Shown: positions 11,801 to 25,219 of the stretch, piece after piece
How positions within the stretch are numbered: position 1 is the first letter of the stretch
How the letters are laid out: every line of letters starts with the position of its first letter
Origin: Tubiluchus corallicola
Taxonomy: Eukaryota > Animalia > Priapulida
NCBI GenBank assembly: GCA_030141605.1
Contig: JAQGDQ010000341.1
Coordinates: 124,001-188,000, forward strand
Direction: 5' to 3'
Length of the DNA: 64,000 nucleotides
Translations under genes and position numbers: made by a program
Notes under the pieces: model-generated
Told to the model about the DNA's origin: nothing
Database searches by the model: none
The model's input: the letters and a program-made list of their open reading frames with translations, nothing else

Positions 11801-14800
11801 TAGTGTAAAAATTGTGTAAGCTTTTCCACTAGTTACGTAAATTTTTACTTGATCTGCTTAAAGTGTCCTAAACTAGTGTAGACGCGGAAATTAAAAAAAA
11901 TTAGTTTTGTATTTGAAGTTTTTATTACAGCAGCAAGTAATTCACGTGGAGCAAAAGTTCGCCACGTCCCTCTGAATGACGGAGCTTGTAGAAGCCAGAG
12001 AGTCAACGAAGTTGGAAGTTTGTCACCCAGAGGCATTATGAAACATGGGTGGAATGCGAAATCTTCTTCATTCAGTTCAAGGTACAGTAGTTTTCAGCTA
12101 ACAGGCACCACCGATAAGAGATTTATCTTATATGATAAGATGAGTAATGCGTGTATCCATGTGTAAATTCCGGAATAACTTAAAAAATTGGTGCTTCTGT
12201 TTATGCGAGAGCTAGTGGGTTTGACCATGCAGACTCTGGCCTTGGAAAATATTTTAGCATGCTGAAATACTGAAGCAAAGTTATTATTGATATAAAATTG
12301 TAACCTGAAGGGGTTTATTTGGTGCAGTAGTGATAGTGATTAGTCAGCATAAGGATAGATTTGAACTCTTGTGATAGCACGTTTCTTTCATTTCAATGCC
12401 AAATGGCCAAATAGCTAGGTTGATGTATTTCTTTATATGTCTGATTACAAACCAAAACCGTCCATAAGTCGGCATAGTTAAAACTAACTTATGATACTTC
12501 AAAGTAGAATGCACCAAAAATTTGGTCAAATGTTAATTTTTTTGTTTTTTTATAGAAAGTCCATAGCAACCTCATTTTTTCACATTTTCGTGCAGTTGAT
12601 AAGTGTTTTGTGGAGGCATGATAAAAAACAATGGCTGACTTTAACAGTTTTTCAGTGCATTGCCTGCATCTTATTTTCAATGTGGATTATGTCAGCTTAG
12701 AAATAACATAGAGCGATGAGCTTGGTATCAAAATAACCCTGATGAAATGGGGATTTAGGATCTGTCAATAACTAAAAAAGCTTAATTTTTGACTTATGGA
12801 CGATTTTGCTATGCAAGCACACAAAGTATCACACCAGCAAATCTGACATAAAAATAACGAGTAATCAGTAAGCGATTCTATTCATTATTCAGGAGTAATC
12901 TCACCGATATGATTATAATCTTTCCAAAATAATTCTTTAATGGTAACAAATGACTTTTTAGAAGTAATTAGCAAATGTGACAGATTTGTTTTTAAAAATA
13001 GAAACCCACCATAAAGCTTTTGTCACATTTTTGCCAAGAATGATGCGCTAAGCTGTTAAAGGTTGAAAAGTAAATATTTTGGGCTTTTTAATATATTTTT
13101 TGCCAGTAATGTGGGCTTGTGGCCTAAATGCAACCCAATAGTGTCAAAAACACTAATTAGTTCTTATTGTCTTCCCATTTTGTTGTGCAGGTGTGAAATT
13201 GGTGGCATTTTCACTATAGATGTGGATGTGCTGGGAGTAAGTTGGAATTGTGCGTATAGAAAAAATATTTGGAGTTTAAACAAAATGAAGGTGTAAAACT
13301 ATTTGTGAACCATTGCGGTACCATGCCAGGAAATTTTTGATTGGCATTCGTAAATCGGGCTTTTTAAGAAGAATTAAAACTTCCGAATCCCTTGCTATAC
13401 CAAAATGTTGTATTTTGTGAGTGACTCAGATGTTAATTTGAAGATAAAGCTTAGACGTATTCTCTGCTTTAATTTTAATGTAAAACAAAAAGTTAAAAAA
13501 GGATTTTATGAATGTAAAATCAATGTAAGCAACTATATGTAGCATGCATTATGATGTGTATGGACTTCACCATCCTTTTTTAATTACTAACAAAATTATT
13601 TATTATAATTATTATTTATCTATTAAGTAATTATTTATTTTAATTATTATTTATCTATTAAGTAATTATTTATTTTAATTATTATTTATCTATTAAGTAA
13701 TTATTTATTTTAATTATTGTTTATCTATTAAGTAATTATTTATTTTAATTATTATTTATCTATTAAGTAATTATTTATTTTTATTATAAATATTGTATTA
13801 ATTCAAATATGTGAAAGAGCTAGCAATTAACATGTTTTCTGTCATAGTTGTACTAATGACTTGTTTTGGCTTGATTTATTACATTGAAAATGATAGTTGC
13901 TGTCGAAATGATTACTTGCACTAATAAACAACTAATGTTAATTGTATTAATTATCTAGACTTGCAAAATCACTGCTGTACAAAATTTTATACAAATAAAA
14001 GAGTAAAAATAGTAATGAAGCCCATCTTTGCATGTTTTCTTAGTATTTTTTGGGTTTGGTTATGTAAATTAGACATGTTATTTTTGCAGGGTGCAGAGCC
14101 CCCTGAGGGGCTGTTCCACAAGCAACAAGAGGAAATTCACCGAATCAGCAAAACGTCGTTATCATACTGCTGACTTTCATCGTGCTTTGCGTGCTTCATC
14201 CTCTGTTCCCGGGTCTACTTCGCGCGCTTCGTCCTCTGTTCCCGGGTCTACTTCGCGTGCTTCGTCCTCTGTTCCCGGGTCTACTTCGCGTGCTTTGTCC
14301 TCTGTTCCCGGGTCTACTTTGCGTGCTTCATCCTCTGTTCCCGGGTCTACGTCTAGATGGGCATTTCCTTCATCAAGCAAGACAGTAGTAAAAGTGGATA
14401 TGTCAGCACGGAGTAGTGACGTAGCGGATGATTCCAATTCAATAATTCATCAGTCTGAGCTTACAGAAGAACTTGATGTGAATGAGCGACCAAAGACTGT
14501 TCTAGAAGAACTGTCTAGTTTCACAAATAGTACTAAAAAAAGAAATCGCACAAATTCGGCACCGAATGCTGTATATTCTAGTAAAAAAAAGCATTTGTGT
14601 TCGAATTCTCGGCGGCATCTTAGTTGGGAGGTAGAAAAAAGTCATAACAAAGATAAAGAAAATTTGTCTAATGCAGATATAATGCGATCAAAAACTTCGG
14701 AGTCCATGCAAAGTTCTTCGTGCAGTATGTTTCCAAGAATGGGCGACGACAGCAGCGCTATAAATAAGTATGACTGCAACGCCATTGAAATCAAAAACTC

Positions 14801-17800
14801 AAATTTTGTAACAGGTCCTGATATAACATCACTAGATAGTGCTGTCGTACCAGTAAAGCCATTGGTAATCAGTAACAAGAATCAGTGTCAGTATGATAAT
14901 GTTTTATCAGATCATGGCAAGCCTCAGAGTAACTTTGATTTCAAACCAGTCATTACAGATGCTCTTCAAAATGAAACTTCTTTCACTTGTACGGATTCAC
15001 TTCACACTTTGCACCAGGGTTACGACGTAACTTCGTCAAATGTGTGCCACACCAATATTACACATTCGTCACACACGGCGTACCAATATCAAAACGTTTG
15101 TGAAGAAGGAGACAGTAGAGCAGCTGTAATGGTCAAACAGTCGAGTTTCTCTTTTACATCTTTGTATGCTGGCATGGGTGCCTCCACCAAGGGGCACATT
15201 CCTCAGGAAAGGTCAACCGATCCACGGTTTCTCGGTCAAGGTTTCGTGACTCCGTTATCCTGTAATGGGTTGTCAGATTTTCAATTTGAAAGATTTTTGG
15301 TTTGTGCTGCAGACATTTTGCCTGAAGTCAGGAGGCAGTTAGAGCAAAGAGAGGTTAGTGAAGTTAAGCTGTATGTCATTTAAGGCGTTTTGAAGTTAAT
15401 AGAATGTGTAATGAGAATGTTATTAGGTTCCGGGGTTTGGAGCATTGGGATTTGAACAAGTGTAAAATGTGTAACTTTTATTTCGTTAAAGATTAAATAT
15501 GCTTTGATTACACAAGCAGAAAATTAGAAGATCTTCGGTTCGAGTCCCAATGGATGTCCAAGCATTTTCAGACTTTTCAATTTGGTATTTGTTCTGAGCG
15601 ATTAATGAACTGATCTTGCAGTACGTCTTGATGCAGTGGAGTCATGAACTATGATACTATGATTCCCTCTGCTAGATGTCTAGTGCTTATTGTATAAATT
15701 TTCAGTGGAGTACCGCTGTAGTGTAATGCTTAGAATGGTTAGCATAGCTGCCCAGAAATCATAAATTCAGAATGTCTTGAATGTAATTTGGTATGCTTTT
15801 TATGATTATTGGGTTTTATTACTACTAAAGTTTAAATGAGTGATTCTCGATGTTCCATTAGGGTCGGTTTGTTGTTGCAAATTTGAATAGACATTTATAC
15901 GAATTTAGGTAAATTAAGGCTGGTATTTATGTAAAATATTGAGTAATCTAAAAAAGACAGGTTTTCCTATTGTACTGCATGTCTGTCTTTTTGCTGAACT
16001 CAACTTGTAGCTTAAATACTGTAAGATTTTTGTAAGAAACAACTTTGCATGTATCTGAAAGCTCTGTCTTTTTCTACAGGTTATCATACTTATGCTTTTA
16101 ACGTAAAAATGTAAAAAAATTATGTTTTTAAATTCAAACTAAGTTTGTGTGGATCACCTTTACTTGATGTTATTAGGGGAGGGGTGTGTTAAAATGGCCC
16201 CATTACATTGGCTATAGAATGCAGCAATTCACTGGTTGATTTAAAGTAGATCGGTGTATTTTAATAGCATGAATGGTTAGACACTCCGATGTGTTTCAAT
16301 CATTTTCACATGTGACAGCAAAGTGATTGAAGTCAACTGATATTTCTTGATTCTTTTATAACTCAGAGTTCTGAGGGACATGTCACTTGCAATGACAAAA
16401 ATAAAAACAGCGTCAGTTATAAAGTCATGGCTGAACAAAGAGCGTCGTCACCTGGTGTCACAAAGAATGAAATGGAACCAAATTCTTTTGCCATTTTGGA
16501 AGCTGAAGAGGAACCTAAATGTTCTGTTGAACAGGTAATCCATTTCTTAGTTCACATTCTTTTACTTCAACAGTTTCTTAATTTGTTGATTGTCAACAAA
16601 ACTTCATTGTTCTTGTTGAGTCTTCTTTTTCTTATTGGCCACCAAATGCCTATAACTTAAGTCTTTTATTTTCACTCTTTCTACAGGAAACTCTGATATT
16701 GTTTTTTTTTATAATTAGCCGAATTCTGAATCGAAGCCTTCATTTCTCCAGTTTCTTGAACGACTAAAAAAAGAGAAGGTGGCAGCAATTCAGAGTCCAC
16801 CTGAGCGAAACAAAGCTTTCTACTGTGATATAGTGCCATCTAAGCTAAAAATGCAATCATACAGAGGAAACAAAGATGAACCGGTAGAAAAACCACAATC
16901 CCATGGAGGAAGCAAAGGAGACGCTGTAGAACTTCCGGAGACTCTGTTACAGGGATCGGAAAGAAGAGTTTCGGGAGACGTCGAAAGTATGTGCGACATT
17001 ATCAGCAGCGACGATGTTAAAAGTGATCATAGCGCAACAAGTGTTCACCAAATTAGCCACGGTTTAGACATGGATTTGTCACAGGATTTGTCTGAAAATA
17101 TGGAGGACAGTCAGGAGATTTCAAGCACTTCACTAGTATTTGATATGAAGCAAACGATCAATGCTGTTTCGACAACAACAGCAGCACCTGTTGACAGGAA
17201 TTTGAAAGTGTTAGCAACATCGGTAAAGTCATTGCCAACTTCTCCAGTGAACTGTGTTGATCTGACTACTTTAAAAAGCAATCATTTGGCACAAGTACTG
17301 AGTACAGATGACGTGAGCTCACAGGTTAAGCTTGTAACATCCAATTCTTGCTGCAGTAATGCCACCAAGACGCCATTATCAAATGACAAAATGGGAAGGG
17401 ATGTTCTTGGTGAAGATTCAGTTCAACCAAAATCTGCCGTGGAGGATTTCTTGCCATTGGGAGGAGCCACAAGATCCTCATCTGCAGAGCTTGATGAACT
17501 TATGTTGGAGAAATCTGCTTCACCAATTTTTGTGTGTGCAAAAGTGAAAGACTGTCAGTCAAGCCAGAGAGGCAGTGTAATTGAAGCCTCAGCAATAGAC
17601 TTGGACTTGGCTACCAAACCAAGTGGTCATGCCTCGTGTTTAACATGTTATAATGCTGAAAATGTAGCTCAAACTACAAAACCTGCTACAAATTTTGAAA
17701 ATGCAAGAATGAAAATTGCGAAATCGAGTCCGAAATTAAATCACATACCAGCCGTTATTGCTAAAACAAGGCAACCCGAAAACTTTAATTTGATAAGGAC

Positions 17801-19043
17801 TACACCCATTTATCAGCGTCTACAAGAGGGGTCTACAGTTTTTGCGCAAAGTCTTGGATCTGATGTGACTCATGATAAAATTAATCATCTCGCTAATGCC
17901 TCTGTGTTCGCAGAAGTGATGAGTACAATGGATATGGATATGGATGATGATGATGACAGCAACAAAACTGTCCAACCTAGTGAACAAGAAGAAAAAGCCG
18001 GAAGTGATATATTTGCTTGTCGTAATAAGGGTGTTCCGAGTCCCCAAACTAAAGATTTTCCTGAACTTGTTGATGCTGATGCACAGTTGATGGCTAACAT
18101 TTATGCCAAAAATGCTCAGAAATCTCTTAGTTTAGTACCAAATAATGAAAACAACGTAAAAGGCATACAATCTCAAAATGGTGCCGTAAACAAGTCCGTA
18201 CAAATGACTCCAAAAAATGTTGTAAACAGTTGCCAACAAACTGAAAACACCAAGTTACTCATTGACGAAAAATGTCTTGTAGGCTGTCAGTGCAGTCAAA
18301 ACACAAATCTAAGCCAACACAGCGTCGAACAGTCGAAGTCCTCTGATGAGAGAAAATGGGGAAATTATGAAATTGTGAGGTTGCCTAGCAACCTGCAAAT
18401 ATCTTTTGAAGTGTGTTGCCTTCTACAGGAAGTGCTGAAGAAAGTTGTGGAATCTTCTAGATCTCGGACATCTACAATACCTAAAATTTGGAATCGTGGA
18501 AGGAAAATTATTACTAGCAGAAATCTGTCAGCACATTCTAATCGACAAAGCAGAAACGCCGACAATATGGCTGAAAATACTTACTCCACTAGTTCGGAGC
18601 AGAACCCACGTTTCTCTAAAATGAAAATACCCTCAAACGGAAATGAACCCGTGTCAGCGCAGACAGTGCTATCCAGTATGAAACCTGCATCACTGCCTTC
18701 CTTAATGCTGTCACCAATAGCACCTTCCCCTTTGACAGACGATTTAGGTTTGTCTAAGTCTAAAACTGTGATGGCTCTCTGCTCGTTGTCTCAAGAGCAA
18801 GCATTGATGGCCCCTCCTAAACCACTTTTCACTTCTACTCCAATTTGTCCTCCTCTTCTGAGAAACAGAGAAGCGGGCCTTTTTCTGAATAGGAAAGTGC
18901 GGGACAGGTCGCTTAACAATGCTGAAACAAGTCACTGCGACAGTACGTTATGGCAGGTATGCACAAAAAAGACGCCAGTCATTGGCAAAGTTAAAAAACG
19001 GGCACATCTGACAAGTTCACAAAAGTGGAAGACTGAAGACTAA
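8838..19043 (+). CDS. ~1361-aa Ser-rich, largely low-complexity protein with a C12orf40/REDIC1-like N-terminus; exons join(8838..8912, 10410..10512, 11931..12081, 14090..15353, 16367..16534, 16719..19043)
   Basis: Six exons splice GT-AG into one 4086-nt frame that includes the 430-aa and 754-aa ORFs. The N-terminus MNWVGGARARVK...DISRDILNL resembles the recalled vertebrate C12orf40 N-terminus MNWVGGSRSRV...SLDLLNL. Gene existence is high confidence; orthology is moderate. Confidence 0.75.
9270..9560 (+). mobile_element. tRNA-derived SINE, family copy 1
   Basis: A-box TGGCAGAGTGG, B-box-like GGTTCGTAAC, and core TACATCCAAACATGGCTAAGATAC shared (as reverse complement) with copies near 20.9, 30.7 and 37.9 kb. 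Confidence 0.6.
11291..11641. mobile_element. Non-autonomous DNA transposon (MITE), same family as 20122-20526
   Basis: Extended similarity to the 20.1-kb copy (GAGTTRCAACACTGT.CAGGTCGACAAC...CAGACCACA) and the same GCGTTGCRTCRCAAGG...TAAGCCT end. Confidence 0.7.
12450..12810. mobile_element. MITE with terminal inverted repeats; longer relative at 44528-45120
   Basis: AAAACCGTCCATAAGTC ... GACTTATGGACGATTTT; interior matches the 44.5-kb copy. Confidence 0.7.
12930..13500 (+). mobile_element. Decayed LINE ORF2 C-terminal fragment
   Basis: Peptide LISSYCLPILLCRCEI...LGVSWNCAYRK, typical of the post-RT region of non-LTR elements. Confidence 0.5.
13605..13788. repeat. 35-bp AT-rich minisatellite, ~5 copies
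   Basis: Unit ATTATTTATCTATTAAGTAATTATTTATTTTAATT. Confidence 0.9.
14190..14352 (+). repeat. Coding 33-bp tandem repeat, 5 copies, encoding RASSSVPGSTS
   Basis: In frame within exon 14090..15353. Confidence 0.95.
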
Positions 19044-20121
19044 TTCAGACTGCAAAACTCGATTTACAAAATGCAATTCAGTTAGCAGTGACGAATATCT
19101 TCAGTACGCAACCTTATGAATGAAATTTTTGTCAGGTTAAATTTTAATAGTAGTAGTCCGGGTTTTGCAGTAGAGTGGCAGATTATGTTAGGGTTTATTT
19201 AACAGATGCATTCTCTGTTGTCTGGATAAAGGCAGTATATGTAAATCAACTAAATTGTGAAAATACTGTTTAAGTAACAACAGCGTAACTACTGTGGTAA
19301 GAGCAACATGCAAAAATATTGCTAATGTTATCGTGAAAATTGAAAGACTGTGCTGGTTACTGCAGGTGTGTGCTAGTGTATGTCAATAACAGGACATTTT
19401 GCCAAATCGAGTTTCATTTAATTTAGTTCAAGTCAGTTTTGTTTCAATTTTGTGCAAGCAGTAGGCTATGTCTTTTTATCATATTTAAGCACATTGCTGT
19501 TCCAAATTTTAAATCAAATCAAACTTAGTTTATTGAAGCTTTGCAATGTTCCTGTTCCCTGTTTGTAGAACTTTAGAAGCTACCATTTTCTTCCACCTTT
19601 TTGTAACATCCACCACATGGACAGACCAAGTCGGAAATAAATTTGCTTACCGGTCTCATTACGAGCCGCTGATACCCTTCAAATTTTTGACATTTTCTAA
19701 AAAAATTGGGCCCCCCAGGCCCCTATGGCACGACGCCACTGGGACAGACAGTAGAAATTTGGTACCATTTCTTTTCTTGTTTTATTTTTGTTATTATGAT
19801 TCTTCTATTACTTCTGAAATAGCGTTAGAATGAATTTGTATGCTGCTTCATAATAGGTACATAAGGTATTTGTTATTACCGTGTGATAGTCTTCCAATGT
19901 CTTGCTATACACTCAGGTACAAAATTTGTATGTAAGGAATTTGTGGCTATCTATATCATTGTTTGTAAAAGCTTATTATTGTGTACTTATTGTATTTGCA
20001 AAGGATTATTACACTGTACTTTTTTATTTACATGTTTATTTACTAAAGTTATTGTCAAGAAAGTGAATTGTTCATTCCATATTCAGTAGTTGAATTTTAG
20101 CATATTATTGTACATCACTAA

Positions 20122-20526
20122 AGCTAAGCGTAAGTTGACCTGCGACGCCACGCAACTCGCCTCAGCTGACAGGAAACAGTCATAGGCACATGCTCGGATC
20201 GATTGCTTCTGTTTTCCATTAACTGGGAAGATACCAGTTCCAGTGAGTTGCAACACTGTTCAGGTCGACAACAACTGAACGTACGTGAATGAAAAAGATC
20301 TCTGACCAGACCACAATCATCGTTGAACAATGCTTAGGTTAAAACTCAGTTGATACCATATGCCACCAGTAAAACATGAGCAAGTCGCTGGAACTGAGTT
20401 ACGTTGCATTAAATTGCACCGTAAGCTTGGTTATAACAACTGGATGTACTTAGAACTAACGGCTTACCATATGCCGCCAGTTGTCAGGTCTTCATTTGCG
20501 TTGCGTCACAAGGCTGGCGTAAGCCT
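20122..20526. mobile_element. MITE with imperfect TIRs, same family as 11291-11641
   Basis: Left GACCTGCGACGCCACGCAAC, right TTGCGTTGCGTCACAAGG; shared interior. Confidence 0.7.
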
Positions 20527-20899
20527 ACCTCAAGGATTGCAAGTCTAAATTATACTTTCTCTCTTGATGGAGACAACTGATGTCATTTGCTTGGAGGCAG
20601 GCAAACTAGGTGATAATTTATTTAAATTGGGCAGACACATTATTGTTTACAATTTACTGCAAAACTGTTCATCCTTTGTATTCTATTTTTACTGATAGTT
20701 TAGTGCTATATTCAGTGTATTGTGGATGTTTATAATTTGTATTTGTTAATATTGAAAGTAATAATACAGTGTTATTTTACTTTTGACTACTTGTATAAAT
20801 TTTCGAATATTCAGCCAATGCACTATTCGCTCTAAAAATATGTCGTTTTTTTCTACAATTCCGGCCGTTTTTTGTACAATTCCATCGAGCATTCAATGG

Positions 20900-21085
20900 C
20901 ATTCATGAGCCACTGAAGTGACGCAGACGTCTTGCCCTGTTTGGATGTAAATGCGTCTTCCCTCTACAAGGTAAATGGCTGGAATGAAGCTGCCTAGAGC
21001 GAGAATCGAAACATCTCCCCATCCATTTACCTACGAGCCCTAGTAAACTTCTTTTAACTTTGGTTGCCATGCACGAAACCGTAAT
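20900..21085 (-). mobile_element. SINE family copy 2 (partial)
   Basis: GAGCCACTGAA...TTTGGATGTAAAT...GCCTAGAGC shared with the 30.7-kb copy. Confidence 0.55.
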
Positions 21086-22375
21086 CATTCAGCTGTGCAG
21101 CTCACCCAGTGCAGTGACAACTAGCTATTCTTAACAACATTTTTAGACTAATTAGTAACAAGGCACTCTTTGCTTACAAAAAACAAGCAAAATACTCGGT
21201 AGAAAACAATGAACACGACCCAAAGCTTTAGTTGTACAACTAACATTTATTGTATTTACTTTCCTGGTTTTCTATACATTGAAACGATAGCCTTCCTAGA
21301 AAATTCATATACATTGTTGTGAGTATATTCCTCATTGTACAGAGTTGCAATAAGTACTAGTGAAACAGTGCTGCAAAAATAATATGGGAACTCTTTTACA
21401 GAGATAATCTTTGTCATTCTTGAATGTTAAACCGAACAGTGGCTGCTACAAGCATTCAATAACAAGTTTGATAAATAAACTATGTTCAGATTTGCAAGTA
21501 AGTACTAGTTAAACGCTGCTGCAAAAATAATATGGGAACTCTTTTATACTAACAATTTTTTTCATTCTTGTATGTGAAGCTGAACAGTGGGCTGCTATAA
21601 GCATTCAATAACAAGTTGATAATAAATAAATATAGACAATAAATAACATAATATAGTTGTGAATAATATAATCAATATAACTGTGACTAACATAGGCTCA
21701 GAAATATGGGAGTCAGCCAACAATTAACATACTAATTTATGCCAAGGTGGGAAGCAAATCGTAGCAAGTAAATATACACAACAGCAATTACTGCTGCTTT
21801 TTCATGATACAACTGCTTAGGTTGACAATATAAAAAGATAGTGCATATCGCTAAAGCAATAGTTGGTTATAGAATAATATTTGACCAATACAATTGTAGC
21901 AAGTAAATATACACAACAGCAATTACTGCCACTCTTTTCATGACAGAGCTGCTTAGATTGACTCAATAAAAAGAGCTTAAGCAACAACTGGTTATACTAT
22001 CACCTTTGACCAATAAAGAACACATTGTTAATCATTTCTATAAAGGTTACATGTTTATTAAGGGAAAATAATGTGAAGTATGTAAGTTCAAGGGTCTGAC
22101 TGCTTGTCAGTGGAAGAGGAAGTCCTTTCAATAATTGACACACATTTTCTGCTTGTATGAGCATGTACAAACTTAAAGAATAAGTAGAAATCATGTCAGA
22201 CATAACCAAAGGATTAAAATCAGGTGAATATTAGCATTAAATGCTACAAATTACAAACTTATGCCATTGTGATAAATGAAATTTGCAACCAAAAATGATA
22301 AACTGAAAACTTGAGAAATTGTAACACATTAAGATAAAGTCAATAAATAGGCCTACTCGTGTTTGTACTTAAGAT

Positions 22376-22599
22376 TTAAATGTCACGCATGTGCAGCGAG
22401 AGATCAAAAATGCGCCGCTCCAGTATTGTTTTTGCCATAGTGTACAACTGAAAACAGTTTTTCTATTATACAACATGGCACCCATTTTTTGCCATATAAC
22501 AGACCATAGAATTTATATTAGAACATGGCTGCCTCACTTTGTTAACTCAGTAACAATTTGATGCTAGCAATGTCTATCTACGCACACGTGGCATTTAAA
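22376..22599. mobile_element. Small TIR element
   Basis: TTTAAATGTCACGCATGTGC ... GCACACGTGGCATTTAAA inverted ends. Confidence 0.55.
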
Positions 22600-23717
22600 T
22601 CAATGGCTTGTACATTTAATTTTGCGCAAGCAAAAATTAGGAACAAAAAATCGCACACATTTGAATTACGCAAAAAAAACGAGCAAAAATAACAAGTTTG
22701 AGTCTCACAATGTATCATCAGAAATATTTTAACAATTTAACAGACATATGATATTTATCTACATTGTACAATACGCATCGCTATCTTTCATACACGAAAA
22801 TCGTAAAACATTTTAACATTTTCAATCAGTCATAAAAAATTGAGAGTTATACAAACCCAAATTTCAACTTATGGTTGACTAACTTGTTAGAATCTTCATA
22901 AGAATATAATCTTATTTCTACCATTAAAATCATGAATTGAAAAAGTTTGACACTTTCTTGTCCTTCACCTTAATTTTATATCTTTACTTGTCATTGAAAG
23001 ATTGCTGGTTCAAAGCCAAATTCGGTTATGATTTTTTCCACATTTTCCTTTTCTTTCAGTCATGTTTAGATTTAGAAAATCAGTAATTATTGATTCACTC
23101 CATTGTTAACTAATAATCTTGAAGCTGATACTAAAAACATAATCAAAGTTTCTCTAGCTTTCGTAAATTTACACATAAATTTCTAAGTCTTGCAACACAC
23201 AAAACAACAAAGTATGCGGCTCCATCCATTGGCAAGAAAAAAGGAAGCATTATTGACTAATGCCACTTTAATTATGCATATAATATATATTATAGTTAGT
23301 ACGTTTTGACTCCTTATATAATTGTGAATATTACAATAAGAGTCCTTCTGGATACATCAATTATAATAATAAATAATGCAAAATGGGTTCCAAAATGATA
23401 ATATAATCAAACTCATTTATAACTTTTACGATCTTTGAATTGGCACTTTATCAAAATATACAGACTAAATTGAACTGTCCTAAACAATCGGCAGTGCCAC
23501 TAATGACTAAGTTGGCAAGGATTACATCTTGACATGCAATTAAACTATTAGCAATCAAAGACATACAGCTGTTTCAACAAAACAACAAAATTTAGCAGTA
23601 CTTCTATTTTTTTTCTAAAAACAAATGTCAGTATTACAACAAAGTCTGAACTATTACCATGTTGCTTCAAACCAGTCATGGAGTTAGCCAGAAGCTCCCC
23701 TAACTACCATTATTTAA

Positions 23718-24289
23718 TTAAAGGAAAAGACAAGCCATCCGAGAAGTTAAGCTTATTTAAATGTTTGGGAAAAATTGTTAGAAGAATTTTGCAAAAAAAG
23801 CTGATGACAGCGTCGTGTAATTAGTAAAATCACTTCAAAGTGGTGATCATTTCACGTTTGGGTGCTCACATTCTGAATACCAATTTTTCCACCAATGACG
23901 TCATTCATCGGCTGAAGAAAAGCAGCGCACTGTCAATTTCCGTCAAAAGTATAATAAGTTTTTACCAAAAATGTACAATGACAAAATTAGATGTGCAAAA
24001 TTTTGCAAGTACGATAGGCCTTAAAACAGAAGTTTAAATGAATTTCAGCAGCGCGCACTTACGGAAAGAAAAGAAGTGCTTAGAGAAAACCACGAATTCT
24101 ACCACTTACGTCATAGTTTACAAGTGAATGGCGGCTACCACAAAGCCTGAAAATTTCTATGCAGCGCTAGTATGACTTAACTTTATGCTTTATAAACAGC
24201 TTTTTCGTACGTTTTGTTGTACTTTTCAAAGTTGAAGTTATAACAGTAAAATAAACTCAAAATGCTAGGGGACTTGTACTTTCCCTTAA
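23718..24289. mobile_element. TTAA-flanked TIR element (Kolobok-like MITE)
   Basis: TTAAAGGAAAAGACAAGCC ... GACTTGTACTTTCCCTTAA. Confidence 0.55.
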
Positions 24290-25219
24290 TCTAAAAATAC
24301 GCGTGTTGGTAAAAGGTTATTGTTTGCAGACGATGTAAAAACAAATTTACAATTATTCTAAGAGATGACAGATTCTGTCTTCTTGGCACATGTTTTAGTC
24401 ATACAATTTTCGAGCAGAATTTTTGGAAAACATTAGTTACACACACCACACAACAACAAACTAAAATTATATAGAATAATAATCAACTGATGTATACTAG
24501 ATGTCCTTGATATCAGATACTTTTAGAAATTAATAAAAGATGCTAGATTTTCAAATGCCAACAAAGTTGAGAAAATACTGAGTGCATAGGATTTCACAGC
24601 TTATTGTCACAATGTATGTTAAACAACAGCCAACAGCAAACAACTGTCGAGTGCATGAAAAGCAAAGATTTCCCATATTGTCAGTAGTTATTATATGACT
24701 ACTTGCAAAACATGGGTTAACAAAGCTGTTGTAATAATGATAACAAGTTAATAGCAATTTCATAATTTGAGAAATGGTGTTCAATTTTTTGCTAATGTAT
24801 GATTTTTTTTCGCAAATTTTAAAGTCACTTATGATAAATTCTACATAGATTATCACGATGTAAAACTGCTGTGTACCGCATTTGACCAAAATGCTTAGAC
24901 AGCCGGCATAAACAATAATCTTTTTTTTGTCAAAACGAAACAAAAAATTAAATCAATAGAAAATGATGTTTTATTCTTCGCAATTTGCCTTTTGTAAATG
25001 CCGAATAGTGACCAAATAGAAAGTATGCAAATGCAAAGATGCGATTGCATAATGTACATGTATCGATGAAACCCGGAATTATACATTATGTATTATTAAA
25101 AAAATTATCAGCAAATAACATCATTTTGATGCAAATAATTCTTTCCTAGCAAAGACTCTGATAGTTCTGAACTCACGGCAACAAAAACTAATCAGTCCAC
25201 AGTGCTGCATCATTGCCCA

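Noticed and set aside
15505-15570. tRNA gene (GGTTCGAGTCCC T-loop/B-box)
   Set aside because: No acceptor stem or complete cloverleaf; more likely a SINE head remnant.
14177-18935. Antisense and alternate-frame ORFs over the two large exons
   Set aside because: Shadow frames of real coding sequence.
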